From: Patescibacteria group bacterium
Lineage (GTDB): Bacteria > Patescibacteriota > Minisyncoccia > JAHISW01 > Tagabacteraceae
DNA length: 32,507 nt
NCBI GenBank assembly: GCA_018819015.1
Contig: JAHJQY010000011.1
Location: 1 to 32,507 of the forward strand
Direction: 5' to 3'
A program made the translations under genes and the position numbers. Below the pieces are notes generated by a model that was not told the DNA's origin, made no database searches, and saw only the letters and a program-made list of their open reading frames with translations. How positions within the stretch are numbered: position 1 is the first letter of the stretch; each line of letters begins with the position of its first letter. Shown here piece after piece: positions 6,388 to 16,217 of this stretch.

Positions 6388-7372
6388 TATTGAATTGGCG
6401 AAAAATTTATTTCACAAAGAAAAATTAGAACAAGCTCCGACCAGAAACGGTTATGGCGAAGGGTTGGTGCGGGCCGGGAAGGATGATGAAAATATTGTTG
6501 TTTTGTGCGCCGACCTTTCTGATTCCACGCGCTCTAAAATGTTTAAAGATGTTTTTCCTGAGAGATTTGTTGAGATGGGCATTGGAGAGCAGAATATGGC
6601 TTCTGTCGCTTCCGGGTTGGCGGCTATGGGAAAAATTCCTTTCATTTCTTCTTATGCTATGTTTTCTCCGGGTAGAAATTGGGAACAGATTCGTACCACA
6701 ATTTGTTACAATGATTCAAATGTGAAAATTGCCGGAGCGCACGCGGGTGTTTCCGTCGGCCCTGACGGCGCCACTCATCAGGCGATTGAAGATGTGGCGA
6801 TAACCAGAGTGATTCCGAATATGACGGTGATTGTCCCCTGCGACGCGATTGAAACGCGCAAGGCGACTTTGGCCGCCGCCAAGCACAAAGGGCCTGTTTA
6901 CTTGAGATTCGCGCGCGAGAAAACTCCTGTTTTTACGGCGGAAAAGACGCCTTTTGAAATAGGCCGGGCGGAAATTTTTTATAAATCCGATTCAAAAAAG
7001 ACAGACATTTCTATAATTGCCTGCGGTCCTCTTGTTTATAACGCTATTTTGGCGGCCGGGGAATTAGAAAAAGAAGGAGTGGGAGTAGAAGTGATAAACA
7101 GCCATACTATAAAACCGTTGGATGAAAAAACAATTATCGCCAGCGCGAAAAATTCCGGCGCCGTGGTGACAGTGGAGGAGCATCAGATAATCGGCGGACT
7201 TGGTTCGGCCGTGGCAGAAGTTTTAGCGAAGAATCATCCTTGCCCGGTGGAATTTATCGGTGTGCGGGACAGATTTGGCGAATCCGGCGAACCGGAAGAA
7301 TTGATTGAAAAATTCGGAATGGGAGTCGGTTCAATAAAGGAAGCGGTAAAAAAAGTTTTAAATAGAAAATGA
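6380..7372 (+). CDS. Transketolase, C-terminal subunit
   Basis: GIGEQNM, GPDGATHQAIED, GPVYLR and TVEEH motifs. Confidence 0.95.
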   Translation: MNNIELAKNLFHKEKLEQAPTRNGYGEGLVRAGKDDENIVVLCADLSDSTRSKMFKDVFPERFVEMGIGEQNMASVASGLAAMGKIPFISSYAMFSPGRNWEQIRTTICYNDSNVKIAGAHAGVSVGPDGATHQAIEDVAITRVIPNMTVIVPCDAIETRKATLAAAKHKGPVYLRFAREKTPVFTAEKTPFEIGRAEIFYKSDSKKTDISIIACGPLVYNAILAAGELEKEGVGVEVINSHTIKPLDEKTIIASAKNSGAVVTVEEHQIIGGLGSAVAEVLAKNHPCPVEFIGVRDRFGESGEPEELIEKFGMGVGSIKEAVKKVLNRK

Positions 7373-8370
7373 TGAAATACGATGTAATTACTTTTGGTTC
7401 GGCCACTTATGATATTTTTATGTCCAGCCGTAAATTTGAGACGGTTGAAGATGAAAAATTTATTACAAAAAAAGGGCTGTGCGTTTCTTTGGGTTCCAAG
7501 ATGCACGTTGAAGACGTTTTTTCTTCCATGGGCGGATGCGGCACAAATTCCGCCTGCAGTTTTTCCGAACAAGGTTTAAAGACCGCTTATTTTGGCGCGG
7601 TCGGCAAAGACATTTTTGGCGAGGCGATAAAAAAAGAATTGAAACGCCACGGAGTTTCTCTAAACTTGCTTAAAGAATCAGCCAAACACCCGACGGCTTT
7701 TTCTGTGGTTCTTTCTTTGCCCGGGGCGGAAAGGAGTATTTTGGAAAAATACGGCGCTTGTCACCAAGTAACGGAAAAAGATATACCCTTTGACCCTTCA
7801 ACAAAGCTTAGGGCTGATTGGTTTTATGTTTCTTCTTTGTCGGCCGGCAGTCACCAAATTCTGGTTCCTTTGTTGGAATTTGCCGCCAAAGAGGGAATTA
7901 AAGTTTCAGCCAATCCTGCTGGTAGCTTAAAGTCAGAAGAAAATACAAAAATTTTAAAAACAGTTTTGGATAAAATAGATATTTTAATTTTAAATCAGGA
8001 AGAGTGCTCCCTGTTAACCGGAATTGATTTTAACGAAGAGAAAAAAATTTTTAAAAAACTTGATGAGATGGTTAAAGGTATCGCCGTCATGACCAAAGGG
8101 CCGGCCGGAGCGGTTGTGTCCGATGGCAAGAAATTGTATTCGGCGGGAATACCGGAATCCGGTCTGGTTGACAGGACCGGCGCCGGCGACGCCTTCGGCG
8201 CCGCCTTTACGGCCGGCTATATGGAGACCGGAGATATTGTTCACGCGATTCAGCTGGGCACGGCTAATGCCACGGCGGTTTTGCAGGAGATGGGAGCGGC
8301 CAACGGCTTGCTGAAAAAAGGCGACTGGGGTCCATGGTCCAAGGTGGAAGTTGTCACGAAATCTATTTGA
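7369..8370 (+). CDS. PfkB-family carbohydrate kinase
   Basis: GGCGTN, LNQEE, TKGPAGA and the DRTGAGDAF signature. Confidence 0.93.
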   Translation: MMKYDVITFGSATYDIFMSSRKFETVEDEKFITKKGLCVSLGSKMHVEDVFSSMGGCGTNSACSFSEQGLKTAYFGAVGKDIFGEAIKKELKRHGVSLNLLKESAKHPTAFSVVLSLPGAERSILEKYGACHQVTEKDIPFDPSTKLRADWFYVSSLSAGSHQILVPLLEFAAKEGIKVSANPAGSLKSEENTKILKTVLDKIDILILNQEECSLLTGIDFNEEKKIFKKLDEMVKGIAVMTKGPAGAVVSDGKKLYSAGIPESGLVDRTGAGDAFGAAFTAGYMETGDIVHAIQLGTANATAVLQEMGAANGLLKKGDWGPWSKVEVVTKSI

Positions 8371-8494
8371 CAATTCTCTCTTTTTATTTTTATGTCTTTT
8401 TCGTATTGACCGTTATTTTGGCAATGTTAAATTAAATACATAGGTTTAAGCCCTTTGAAAAACAAATAATAACGAACGAACGGAGGATGGAGCA

Positions 8495-9223
8495 ATGAAG
8501 AAAATTTTCTGCTTTCTTTGCGCTTTTTTCTTGCTGACAAGCGTTGGCTTGGTAGCTTTAGCCGACGATACGTTTGACTACGCAAAATTTTTCCCTCAAA
8601 AGACTTTTGAGGCGATAAATCAAAGCCAGGGGTCTTTTTATGTCTTCACTGTGGGTCAAACAGAAGGTATTATTTTGGACCCGGGAAAAGGCCTTGTTTT
8701 AACAGTTGCCCATCTTTTCGATTACTTAGTTGCTCCGGAAACTTCTTCTAAAATTTGTTTATTTATTTTTAAAGAGGAAATATTTAAGGTAAAAATTTTA
8801 AAAATTTCCCAAAAATTTGATTTGGCCTTAGTTCAATTAGAGCCAAAGGGGCTGAAGGGTAAAAGCTTGATTGATTTGGGGGCTAAAAAAGTTGTTTTCC
8901 AAGAAAAATTTAGTCCGTTTAAGGAATATTATTCTTTTGAAAGAGAATTTAGTTTTTCAATCTTCGGGATTGAAAAAATCTTGGAGTTGCCGTTTAGCGC
9001 CAGGATTGTTGGTAAAAAAACCATTAAATCTTTAAAAGATGGCGAGATGGTGTATTTGTATTTGGATAAAAATGTTAAGGGAGGTTTTTCCGGCGCCGGG
9101 GTTTTTAATGAAGAAGGAGAATTGTTGGGCATGGTGGATGCCATAGATGGCGGATATTCGCTTGTTATGCCGACGAGTGAAATTCGTAATTTTCTTGAGA
9201 GAAATAACGATAACGATAAATAA
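8495..9223 (+). CDS. Secreted trypsin-like (S1) serine protease
   Basis: Signal peptide and catalytic triad motifs LTVAHL, FDLALV and GGFSGAGVFN. SD GGAGG upstream. Confidence 0.82.
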   Translation: MKKIFCFLCAFFLLTSVGLVALADDTFDYAKFFPQKTFEAINQSQGSFYVFTVGQTEGIILDPGKGLVLTVAHLFDYLVAPETSSKICLFIFKEEIFKVKILKISQKFDLALVQLEPKGLKGKSLIDLGAKKVVFQEKFSPFKEYYSFEREFSFSIFGIEKILELPFSARIVGKKTIKSLKDGEMVYLYLDKNVKGGFSGAGVFNEEGELLGMVDAIDGGYSLVMPTSEIRNFLERNNDNDK

Positions 9224-9249
9224 AAAAATGGGCCAAGGCCCGTTTTTTT
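9222..9249 (+). terminator. Rho-independent terminator
   Basis: AAAAAAATGGGC-CAAG-GCCCGTTTTTTT. Confidence 0.75.
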
Positions 9250-9290
9250 GTTTGTCTTTATTATATTAATGGATGTAATATAATAAAAAG

Positions 9291-11441
9291 ATGGCAGTTA
9301 AAATTAAAAAAACCAAAAAGTCCAAAGAGAAAGAAGAAAACGGCCGGTGGCATGACGGGCTCAAAGAAGAGACCAAGCATTCGGTTTGGGCGGTTATTTG
9401 TTTGGGTGTGTCGCTTTTTTTGTTGCTGGTGGTTTTCGGCAAAGCTGGGATGGCGGGGGTCTATGTTCGCGCCGGACTGGAATTTCTTTTCGGCGACGGA
9501 TTGTTTTTGGCGCCGGCGATTTTTTTCTTTGCGGCTATTTCATTATTTTCTTCTTTTCGGCCCAACCTTTTGGCTTCAAATTTAGTCGGCGGCTTGCTGG
9601 TTTTCTTGAGCGGCTTGGCTTTGGTGGAAGTTATTTTTGGAGAAAAAAGCGGCGGCCACACAGGATATTTCGCCGCCTTTCCGTTTTTAAAGCTTATTGA
9701 TTTTTGGGCAACGCTGATTTTGTTTTTGGCGATTTTATCGGTTGGTTTTTTAATAATGTTTAATTTGCCTATTTCTTTTTCTTTTTTAAGAAATAAATTA
9801 AAACAGCAAAAACTTTTTGACAACGAAGAAGATTATGAAGATGTTCAAGGCGGCGAGCCGGAATCCGTTAAGTTGGAAAAAGAAGAAACTTATAAAGAGG
9901 AATCTTATGAAGCTAGAGATGAAAATACGGAAGTTGGCCGCGAAATTTTAAAAAAGAAATCCGCGAAAATTTTTGGCCGAGGCCGAGCCGGACAAGAGGG
10001 CGAATTTCAGCCGCCGCCGCTTGATCTTTTGGAGGGAGACAAGGGAAAGCCGTCAGCCGGCGACATAAAGGCCAATTCAAATATTATAAAAAGGACTTTT
10101 CAAAATTTCGGCATTAATATTGAGATGGCCGAAATTTGCATAGGTCCGTCGGTTACTCAGTATTCCATAAAGCCCGCTGAAGGAATAAAGCTTTCAAGAA
10201 TTGTTTCTTTGAATAATGATCTGGCGCTTGCTTTGGCCGCGCACCCTATCAGAATAGAGGCTCCTATCCCGGGCAAATCTCTTGTTGGGATTGAAGTTCC
10301 CAATCGTTCTGCTTCTTTGGTGGGGCTGAAGCATTTGTTAAGAGAAGCCGATGCTTTGCAAAAAGAAATACCTTTGCTTATTGCCATGGGGCGCAATGTC
10401 GCCGGCAAGCCGGTTTTTTCTTCTATTTCTAAAATGCCCCACCTTTTGATTGCCGGCGCCACCGGTTCCGGAAAATCTGTCTGTATTCACGCGCTCATGA
10501 TGAGTTTGTTGTATCGGCATTCGCCGGCGGAATTGCAGTTTCTTTTAATAGACCCCAAAAGAGTGGAAATGAATATTTATAATGATTTGCCCTATTTATT
10601 GTCCCCGGTTATTGTTGATGCCAAAAAAGCGATTGTGGCCTTGAGGTGGGCGACCAAGGAAATGGAAAGGCGCTACGATGTGCTTTTGGGCGCCGGCGCT
10701 CGCGATGTAAATTCGTACCGCAAAAAAAATACCAAAGACAGTATGCCCTATCTGGTTATTGTAATTGATGAATTGGCTGATATTATGGCCACTTATCCGC
10801 GCGAATTTGAGGCATCAATAGTCAGATTGGCGCAGATGTCGCGCGCGGTCGGCATTCATTTGGTAGTTTCCACGCAGAGGCCATCCGTGGATGTCATTAC
10901 CGGATTGATAAAAGCCAATATAACGACTCGCATTGCTTTTCAGGTGGCGTCCCAAGTGGATTCCAGGACAATTTTGGATATGGCCGGAGCGGAGCGGTTG
11001 CTAGGGAACGGCGACATGCTTTTTTTGTCCGCTGATTCCACCAAGCCGAGGCGTATTCAGGGTTCTTTTGTTTCAGAATCTGAAGTGAAAAAAGTAGTTG
11101 ATTATTTAAGAAATAAATATGAGGATTCTGATTCTAACAGTTTGGGTTTGGCTGGAGGAGAAATGGAGCAGGCCTGCCTGCCGGGCAGGCAGGCGTCTAT
11201 TTTTGACGGGAACGCCGATGAATTCAATGAAGGGGAGGAAGATGAATTATACGAAGAAGCGCGCGCGCTGGTTATTGAAGCTGGGAAGGGGTCCTCGTCT
11301 TATCTTCAGCGGCGGCTTAGGGTGGGTTATGCCCGCGCGGCCCGGCTTTTGGATATGCTTGAAGAAAGAGGAGTGGTGGGCCCGCCGGACGGCTCTAAAT
11401 CCAGGGAAGTCTTGGTTGAAAAGCCAAGCGAAGATTATTAA
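9291..11441 (+). CDS. ftsK: DNA translocase FtsK
   Basis: N-terminal TM helices, PHLLIAGATGSGKS, IDPKRVE, IDELAD, TQRPS and the gamma domain LQRRLRVGYARAARL. Confidence 0.97.
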   Translation: MAVKIKKTKKSKEKEENGRWHDGLKEETKHSVWAVICLGVSLFLLLVVFGKAGMAGVYVRAGLEFLFGDGLFLAPAIFFFAAISLFSSFRPNLLASNLVGGLLVFLSGLALVEVIFGEKSGGHTGYFAAFPFLKLIDFWATLILFLAILSVGFLIMFNLPISFSFLRNKLKQQKLFDNEEDYEDVQGGEPESVKLEKEETYKEESYEARDENTEVGREILKKKSAKIFGRGRAGQEGEFQPPPLDLLEGDKGKPSAGDIKANSNIIKRTFQNFGINIEMAEICIGPSVTQYSIKPAEGIKLSRIVSLNNDLALALAAHPIRIEAPIPGKSLVGIEVPNRSASLVGLKHLLREADALQKEIPLLIAMGRNVAGKPVFSSISKMPHLLIAGATGSGKSVCIHALMMSLLYRHSPAELQFLLIDPKRVEMNIYNDLPYLLSPVIVDAKKAIVALRWATKEMERRYDVLLGAGARDVNSYRKKNTKDSMPYLVIVIDELADIMATYPREFEASIVRLAQMSRAVGIHLVVSTQRPSVDVITGLIKANITTRIAFQVASQVDSRTILDMAGAERLLGNGDMLFLSADSTKPRRIQGSFVSESEVKKVVDYLRNKYEDSDSNSLGLAGGEMEQACLPGRQASIFDGNADEFNEGEEDELYEEARALVIEAGKGSSSYLQRRLRVGYARAARLLDMLEERGVVGPPDGSKSREVLVEKPSEDY
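11172..11194. repeat. Intragenic palindromic element in the ftsK linker
   Basis: GCCTGCCTGCC-G-GGCAGGCAGGC, a perfect 11-bp inverted repeat encoding ACLPGRQA. Confidence 0.75.
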
Positions 11442-11448
11442 AACTAAA

Positions 11449-11796
11449 ATGAATTCCTATCCTTTGTTATATATAAAAATTTTTGCCATATTGCTGATTG
11501 CGCTAGTTCTTGGTTTTTACTTTTTTCATCAAGCTAAAGGTTTTTTGGCAGGACCGCAAATAAAAATAGATTATCCGGAAAATGGCCAAACATTGGCAAA
11601 TTCTTTTATGTCGGTCAGGGGCGTTGTTACAAACACGGCAGTATTATTAATTGACGGGCAAAAAGTTCTGGCTGACAGTTTTGGTAATTTTAGAAAAGAT
11701 TTGCTTTTGGCAAAAGGATACAATATTATTGAGTTGTCGGCCAAAGACAGGTTTAACAGGGAAACTTATAAAAAATTAGAAGTTGTAAATAAATAA
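11449..11796 (+). CDS. Membrane-anchored protein with an Ig-like domain
   Basis: Start re-assigned to ATG 11449 after the ftsK stop. One TM helix, then [12 protein letters not shown]...[13 protein letters not shown]. Confidence 0.75.
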   Translation: MNSYPLLYIKIFAILLIALVLGFYFFHQAKGFLAGPQIKIDYPENGQTLANSFMSVRGVVTNTAVLLIDGQKVLADSFGNFRKDLLLAKGYNIIELSAKDRFNRETYKKLEVVNK

Positions 11797-11803
11797 TAAT
11801 AAA

Positions 11804-12805
11804 ATGGCGAAAAACAGAAAACTAAAAACTACAGGAGAAGAAATAAGCGTTGTTTTGGAAAGCATTAAGTCAAAATATGGCGAGGGCGCTATAATGAAGC
11901 TGGGCGACGTGCCAAAGGTCAATGTGGATGCGGTTCCGACAGGTTCTTTGGCTCTGGATATGGCTTTGGGGGTCGGCGGTTTGCCGCGCGGCCGGGTGGT
12001 TGAAATTTACGGCCCTGAATCATCCGGGAAAACAACGCTTGCTCTGCATGTTATTGCCGAGGCGCAAAAAAAAGGCGGCCTTTGCGCTTTTGTTGACGCT
12101 GAACATGCGCTTGATGCGGAATATACCAAAAAACTGGGAGTAAAAATCGACGACCTTTTGGTTTCTCAGCCCGATACCGGCGAGCAGGCTTTGGAGATTG
12201 TGGAAAGCTTGGTTCGTTCCGGCAAAGTGGATGTTGTTGTTGTTGATTCTGTGGCCGCGCTTACTCCTCGCGCTGAAATTGAAGGAGAAATGGGTGACAC
12301 CCACATGGGTCTTCAGGCTCGGCTAATGTCGCAGGCTCTTAGGAAGCTCACTGCTATTACCGCCAAATCAAAAACTATGGTTATTTTCATCAATCAGATT
12401 CGCATGAAAATAGGCATTATGTTCGGCAATCCGGAAACAACTCCGGGCGGCAAGGCCTTGAAGTTTTATTCGTCGGTCAGGATTGACGTGCGAAGAATCG
12501 CCCAGATTAAAAAGGGCGATGAGGTCATTGGGGGCAGAGTTAGGGCGAAAGTTGTAAAAAATAAAGTTGCCGCTCCTTTTAGAATGGCGGAATTTGACCT
12601 TATTTATAATGAAGGTATTTCCAAGGAAGGTGAGATTTTAAATTTAGGTGAAAAATACGGAATTATTAAAAAATCCGGCGCCAGTTATTCTTTTGGAAAT
12701 ATGAAATTGGGCGTGGGACATGAAAAAGCGAGACTGTTTTTGAAAGAAAACACTAAAACGACCCAAGAGATAATAAAGAAAATTAAAGAAGCTTTTAATG
12801 CTTAA
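11804..12805 (+). CDS. recA: Recombinase A
   Basis: [24 protein letters not shown] and KNKVAAPF motifs. Confidence 0.99.
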   Translation: MAKNRKLKTTGEEISVVLESIKSKYGEGAIMKLGDVPKVNVDAVPTGSLALDMALGVGGLPRGRVVEIYGPESSGKTTLALHVIAEAQKKGGLCAFVDAEHALDAEYTKKLGVKIDDLLVSQPDTGEQALEIVESLVRSGKVDVVVVDSVAALTPRAEIEGEMGDTHMGLQARLMSQALRKLTAITAKSKTMVIFINQIRMKIGIMFGNPETTPGGKALKFYSSVRIDVRRIAQIKKGDEVIGGRVRAKVVKNKVAAPFRMAEFDLIYNEGISKEGEILNLGEKYGIIKKSGASYSFGNMKLGVGHEKARLFLKENTKTTQEIIKKIKEAFNA

Positions 12806-12995
12806 CAAAAGGCAGTAAGGCCAAAAAACGAGCTCTTTTTATCGCCAAAGCAAGACGTCTTTGGTGTTTGACGCAGAGATAAGTTTGCTTTTTGGGCAGA
12901 ATCTTTGCCTGGCTGTCAGTAAAGTTTTTTAAAGACTCCGCTTCTTTGTAGTCAATTTTTTTAAAGTTGTTTGTGCAAAAATAACAGTTTCTCAT
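12795..12995 (-). CDS. rpsR: 30S ribosomal protein S18
   Basis: CYFC, IDYK and [20 protein letters not shown]; rpsF-ssb-rpsR order. Confidence 0.96.
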   Translation of the reverse strand: MRNCYFCTNNFKKIDYKEAESLKNFTDSQAKILPKKQTYLCVKHQRRLALAIKRARFLALLPFVKH

Positions 12996-13006
12996 GGCTT
13001 ATTTTT

Positions 13007-13465
13007 TTAAAATGGTATGTCTTCCGGGCTATTGTTTTCCTCGGGGTATTCTATGGTGTCAATTATTTCTTTGTCCGCGCCTTGATTTGTGCCGGAGGCC
13101 GATGTTTTTTCTGTTCCGCTTTGGCCGGGCGTCGGGGACCTTCTGGGGCCGAATTGTATTCTTTCCGCCACGATTTCTGTTCGCGAACGCTTGACTCCGT
13201 CTTGGGCTTCCCAGTTTCTAGTCTGTATTCTTCCTTCTATAAGTGCCAATGCTCCCTTTTTTAAATACTGGCTGGTAGTTTCGGCTTGTTTGCCAAAAAC
13301 TACGATATTGTGGAATTGGACTTCTTGCTGTTTTTCTCCGCTTTGATTTTTCCAGACCCTGTTTGTTGCCACGCCGAAAGAAGCAACACTGGCTCCGGAA
13401 GGCAGGGAACGGAGTTCCGGATCTCTGGTTAAATTGCCTACGATAAAAATTTTATTTAAATTCAT
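13007..13465 (-). CDS. ssb: Single-stranded DNA-binding protein
   Basis: NKIFIVGNLTRDPELR, EGRIQTRNW and C-terminal DIPF. Confidence 0.97.
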   Translation of the reverse strand: MNLNKIFIVGNLTRDPELRSLPSGASVASFGVATNRVWKNQSGEKQQEVQFHNIVVFGKQAETTSQYLKKGALALIEGRIQTRNWEAQDGVKRSRTEIVAERIQFGPRRSPTPGQSGTEKTSASGTNQGADKEIIDTIEYPEENNSPEDIPF

Positions 13466-13474
13466 ATTATTTTT

Positions 13475-13966
13475 TTATTCGCCTAATAATTCTTCTATTT
13501 TTTTATCAATTTCTTCCTCTTTTATTTTTATGTCTTCGGGGGTTTCTTTTTGTTCGGGAACTTCAGTCGGCTTTTGAGATATTTCTTTTGTTGGCATTTC
13601 CGTTTTTACAAAAATCGGCTTGGCCCTTCTTTCTCTTTTTATAACCGATTTGTGCTGTTTTTCTTTTGTTGCCCTCATGATTAAAAATCTAAGCACATCA
13701 TTTTGTTTTTCCAGGTATTTTTTTATTTCTTTGATGGCGGATGTTTCTGTTGAAATTGAAAATTTTATCCAGCTAAAAAAAGCGTTGTTTTCTTTTTTGA
13801 TAGGGTAGGCCAGTGTTTCTTTTTTTGTTTTTCCTTCGGATATAATCAGCCCGTGTTTTTCGGTTACGGCGTTTCTTAATTTTTCAGTAAAAGCCAAAAT
13901 TTCCTCTTCTTTAAGAGTCGCTTTTAAAAGATACCCGATTTCGTATATGTTTGTTTCTTTGGCCAT
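13475..13966 (-). CDS. rpsF: 30S ribosomal protein S6 with an extended charged tail
   Basis: YEIGYLL, LAYPIKK and VLRFLI motifs, plus operon position. Confidence 0.92.
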   Translation of the reverse strand: MAKETNIYEIGYLLKATLKEEEILAFTEKLRNAVTEKHGLIISEGKTKKETLAYPIKKENNAFFSWIKFSISTETSAIKEIKKYLEKQNDVLRFLIMRATKEKQHKSVIKRERRAKPIFVKTEMPTKEISQKPTEVPEQKETPEDIKIKEEEIDKKIEELLGE

Positions 13967-14022
13967 ACGGCGGTAAGTTATTAAGGATTATATTAACAGT
14001 TTTGCAAAATTATGCAACGCTC

Positions 14023-14898
14023 TTAAATTTTAAATTCTATAATGTCGCCGTCTCGGACGATGTAGTTTTTGCCCTCGGTGCGCAAGAGGCCCGCTTCGCG
14101 GGCCCGACTCCAACTACCGGTCTCCATGAATTTATCATAATTTATGACCTCGGCTCGGATAAACTTTTCTTTAAAATCACTGTGAATTTTTTCTCCGGCC
14201 TCGGGCGCGGTTTTTCCTTTTTCCAGCGCGGAGGCGCGCAGTTCTTTGCCGCCCTTGATGGTATAAAAAGTTATAAGGTTTAATGTTTTGTAGGCTAAAC
14301 TTATTAGTTTTGGCATGGCTGATTCAAAACCGATTTCCTTCTGTTCTTCCGAACTCATTTCGGATGCTTCCAGTTCCAGCCTAAAATCAATTTCCAAATC
14401 GCATTTTTCAAAAGAATTATTTTTGCCGGCGGATTTAATATTGCAGATATAAATAAAAGGTTTTTTAGATAGGGCCTCTTCTGGGGCAGTAAAAGTATCT
14501 TTTAATTCCAGTTCATTTTTTATTATTTCAAAATCGCGCCGGGGGTTGATTTCGTTTTCTACGTGGGCGATTTTTTCATCTTCAAAACATCGTATGACCA
14601 GCAAGATTGCGTCCACGGTATAGATATGGGAAAGAAATTGGTTGCCCAGCCCCTCGCCCTTATGCGCTCCCCTTACCAAGCCGGCAATGTCAACGAATTC
14701 AACTATGGCCGGTATTATTTTTTCCGGCTTGACAATTTCTGCGATTTTCTCAAGCCGTTGGTCGGGCACGACAGCAACCCCCACATTTGGATTGATGGTG
14801 CAAAATGAGTAATTGGAAATATCAACTTTCTTTTTCGTGATTGTTTGAAAAAGCGTTGATTTCCCGACATTCGGCAAGCCGACAATACCGATTTTCAT
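14023..14898 (-). CDS. ychF: YchF/OLA1 ATPase, shortened form
   Basis: GIVGLPNVGKSTLF, DIAGLVRGAHKGEGLGNQFL, IHSDF and EGKNYIVRDGDII motifs. Confidence 0.95.
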   Translation of the reverse strand: MKIGIVGLPNVGKSTLFQTITKKKVDISNYSFCTINPNVGVAVVPDQRLEKIAEIVKPEKIIPAIVEFVDIAGLVRGAHKGEGLGNQFLSHIYTVDAILLVIRCFEDEKIAHVENEINPRRDFEIIKNELELKDTFTAPEEALSKKPFIYICNIKSAGKNNSFEKCDLEIDFRLELEASEMSSEEQKEIGFESAMPKLISLAYKTLNLITFYTIKGGKELRASALEKGKTAPEAGEKIHSDFKEKFIRAEVINYDKFMETGSWSRAREAGLLRTEGKNYIVRDGDIIEFKI

Positions 14899-14922
14899 TA
14901 TCTAATGTTATAATAGGGCGTA

Positions 14923-16212
14923 ATGGATGTAAACGGGATAAATCCTAAAATTTTTAAGGCCTACGATATCAGGGGCGTTTATAAAAAAGACATAGACGAA
15001 GATATTTTTTACGCACTTGGCAAAGTTTTCGCCGCGCGCTCAAAAAATGGCAAAATCGTGGTGGGCCGCGATATTCGTTTAAGTTCAAAATCTTTGTCCG
15101 AAGCTTTTACAAAAGGCGTTTTAGATTATGGGCTGGATGTTTTAAATGTGGGCGAAGTGACCACCCCCATGCTTTATTTTGCCGTTGGCGGGTTGGGAGG
15201 CGCCGGGGGCGCCATGATAACCGCTTCGCATAATCCTCCCGAATATAATGGCATAAAATTTACAGATGAAAATACTCAGCCCATAGGCGGAAAAGAAATA
15301 GGGGAACTTTTAAAAAAAATAAATTTAGAAAATTCCAACAAAAGAGGAGCGGAAAAAATAACGGATATTTCTGAAGATTATTTGAATTTGATCTGTAGTA
15401 ATTTTAAGATAAGTCGTGAGATAAAAGTGAATATTGATGCTAAAGATAGCGCCGTTGGCTTGTTTTTGCAAAGATTTTTAAAAAAGTTAGGCATAGAATT
15501 TTGGGGTGGATCTTGCGCGGATTTTAAGGCTTCTTTTGACGCTGACGGAGATAGGTTGAAATTGTTTGATGAAAATCAAAATGAAATAAGGGGGGATATT
15601 GCCGGGGGCATTATAGCTGATAATTTTTTGAAAAAAGGAGATTTGTTTGTTTATGATCTGATTTCCACCAGAGCCTTGAGAGATTATTTTGGGGAAAGGG
15701 GGATTGAAACTATCGCAAGCAAGATCGGACATTTTTACATTAAAAAATTGATGAAAGAAAAAGCGGCGGTTTTTGCGTCAGAAATTTCCGGCCACTATTA
15801 TTTTGAATCGCTTAATTATAACGAGTCGGCGCTTTTTGCTTTGCGGGTGGTTTTGGAAGCGCTGGATAAAAATCCGGCCCTGAAAATTTCCGATTTGGCT
15901 AATCGTTTTTCCGGCTATTTTCATTCCGGCGAGATTAATTTTCCTCTTGCCTTAGAAGAAGACTGGGATAAAATTTTAGAAAAATTAAAAAATAAATATA
16001 ACGACGGTCAACAAAATTTTGAAGACGGTATTTCTGTTGAATATCCTTCGACTTGGCTCAGGACAAGTCCCGACCCCGCCGATGGCGGGGCAAGCTGGTG
16101 GTTTAATTTGCGCCCGTCCAACACCGAGCCGATTATGAGATTGGTCATTGAGGCCAAGACAAAAGAATTGATGGAGCAAAAAAAAGACGAGATTTTAGAT
16201 TTGTTGAAATAA
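14923..16212 (+). CDS. Phosphomannomutase/phosphoglucomutase
   Basis: IFKAYDIRG, TASHNP, FDADGDR, SEISGHYYF and RPSNTEP motifs. Confidence 0.93.
   Translation: MDVNGINPKIFKAYDIRGVYKKDIDEDIFYALGKVFAARSKNGKIVVGRDIRLSSKSLSEAFTKGVLDYGLDVLNVGEVTTPMLYFAVGGLGGAGGAMITASHNPPEYNGIKFTDENTQPIGGKEIGELLKKINLENSNKRGAEKITDISEDYLNLICSNFKISREIKVNIDAKDSAVGLFLQRFLKKLGIEFWGGSCADFKASFDADGDRLKLFDENQNEIRGDIAGGIIADNFLKKGDLFVYDLISTRALRDYFGERGIETIASKIGHFYIKKLMKEKAAVFASEISGHYYFESLNYNESALFALRVVLEALDKNPALKISDLANRFSGYFHSGEINFPLALEEDWDKILEKLKNKYNDGQQNFEDGISVEYPSTWLRTSPDPADGGASWWFNLRPSNTEPIMRLVIEAKTKELMEQKKDEILDLLK
16044..16090. repeat. Two stacked palindromic/REP-like elements inserted in frame in the PMM gene
   Basis: TCCTTCGACTTGGCTCAGGA (16044-16063) then CCCCGCC-GAT-GGCGGGG (16074-16090). 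They add about 15 aa between DGISVEY and WWFNLRPSNTEP. Confidence 0.7.
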
Positions 16213-16217
16213 ATTTT

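Noticed and set aside
11119-11448. Long 5' extensions of ORFs 11119-11796, 16218-17999 and 25666-26610
   Set aside because: They overlap ftsK or tRNA genes; downstream ATGs at 11449, 17882 and 25921 fit better.
14088-14104. GGCCCGC-TTC-GCGGGCC hairpin in ychF
   Set aside because: It encodes the normal AREAG segment of YchF, so there is no sign of an insertion.
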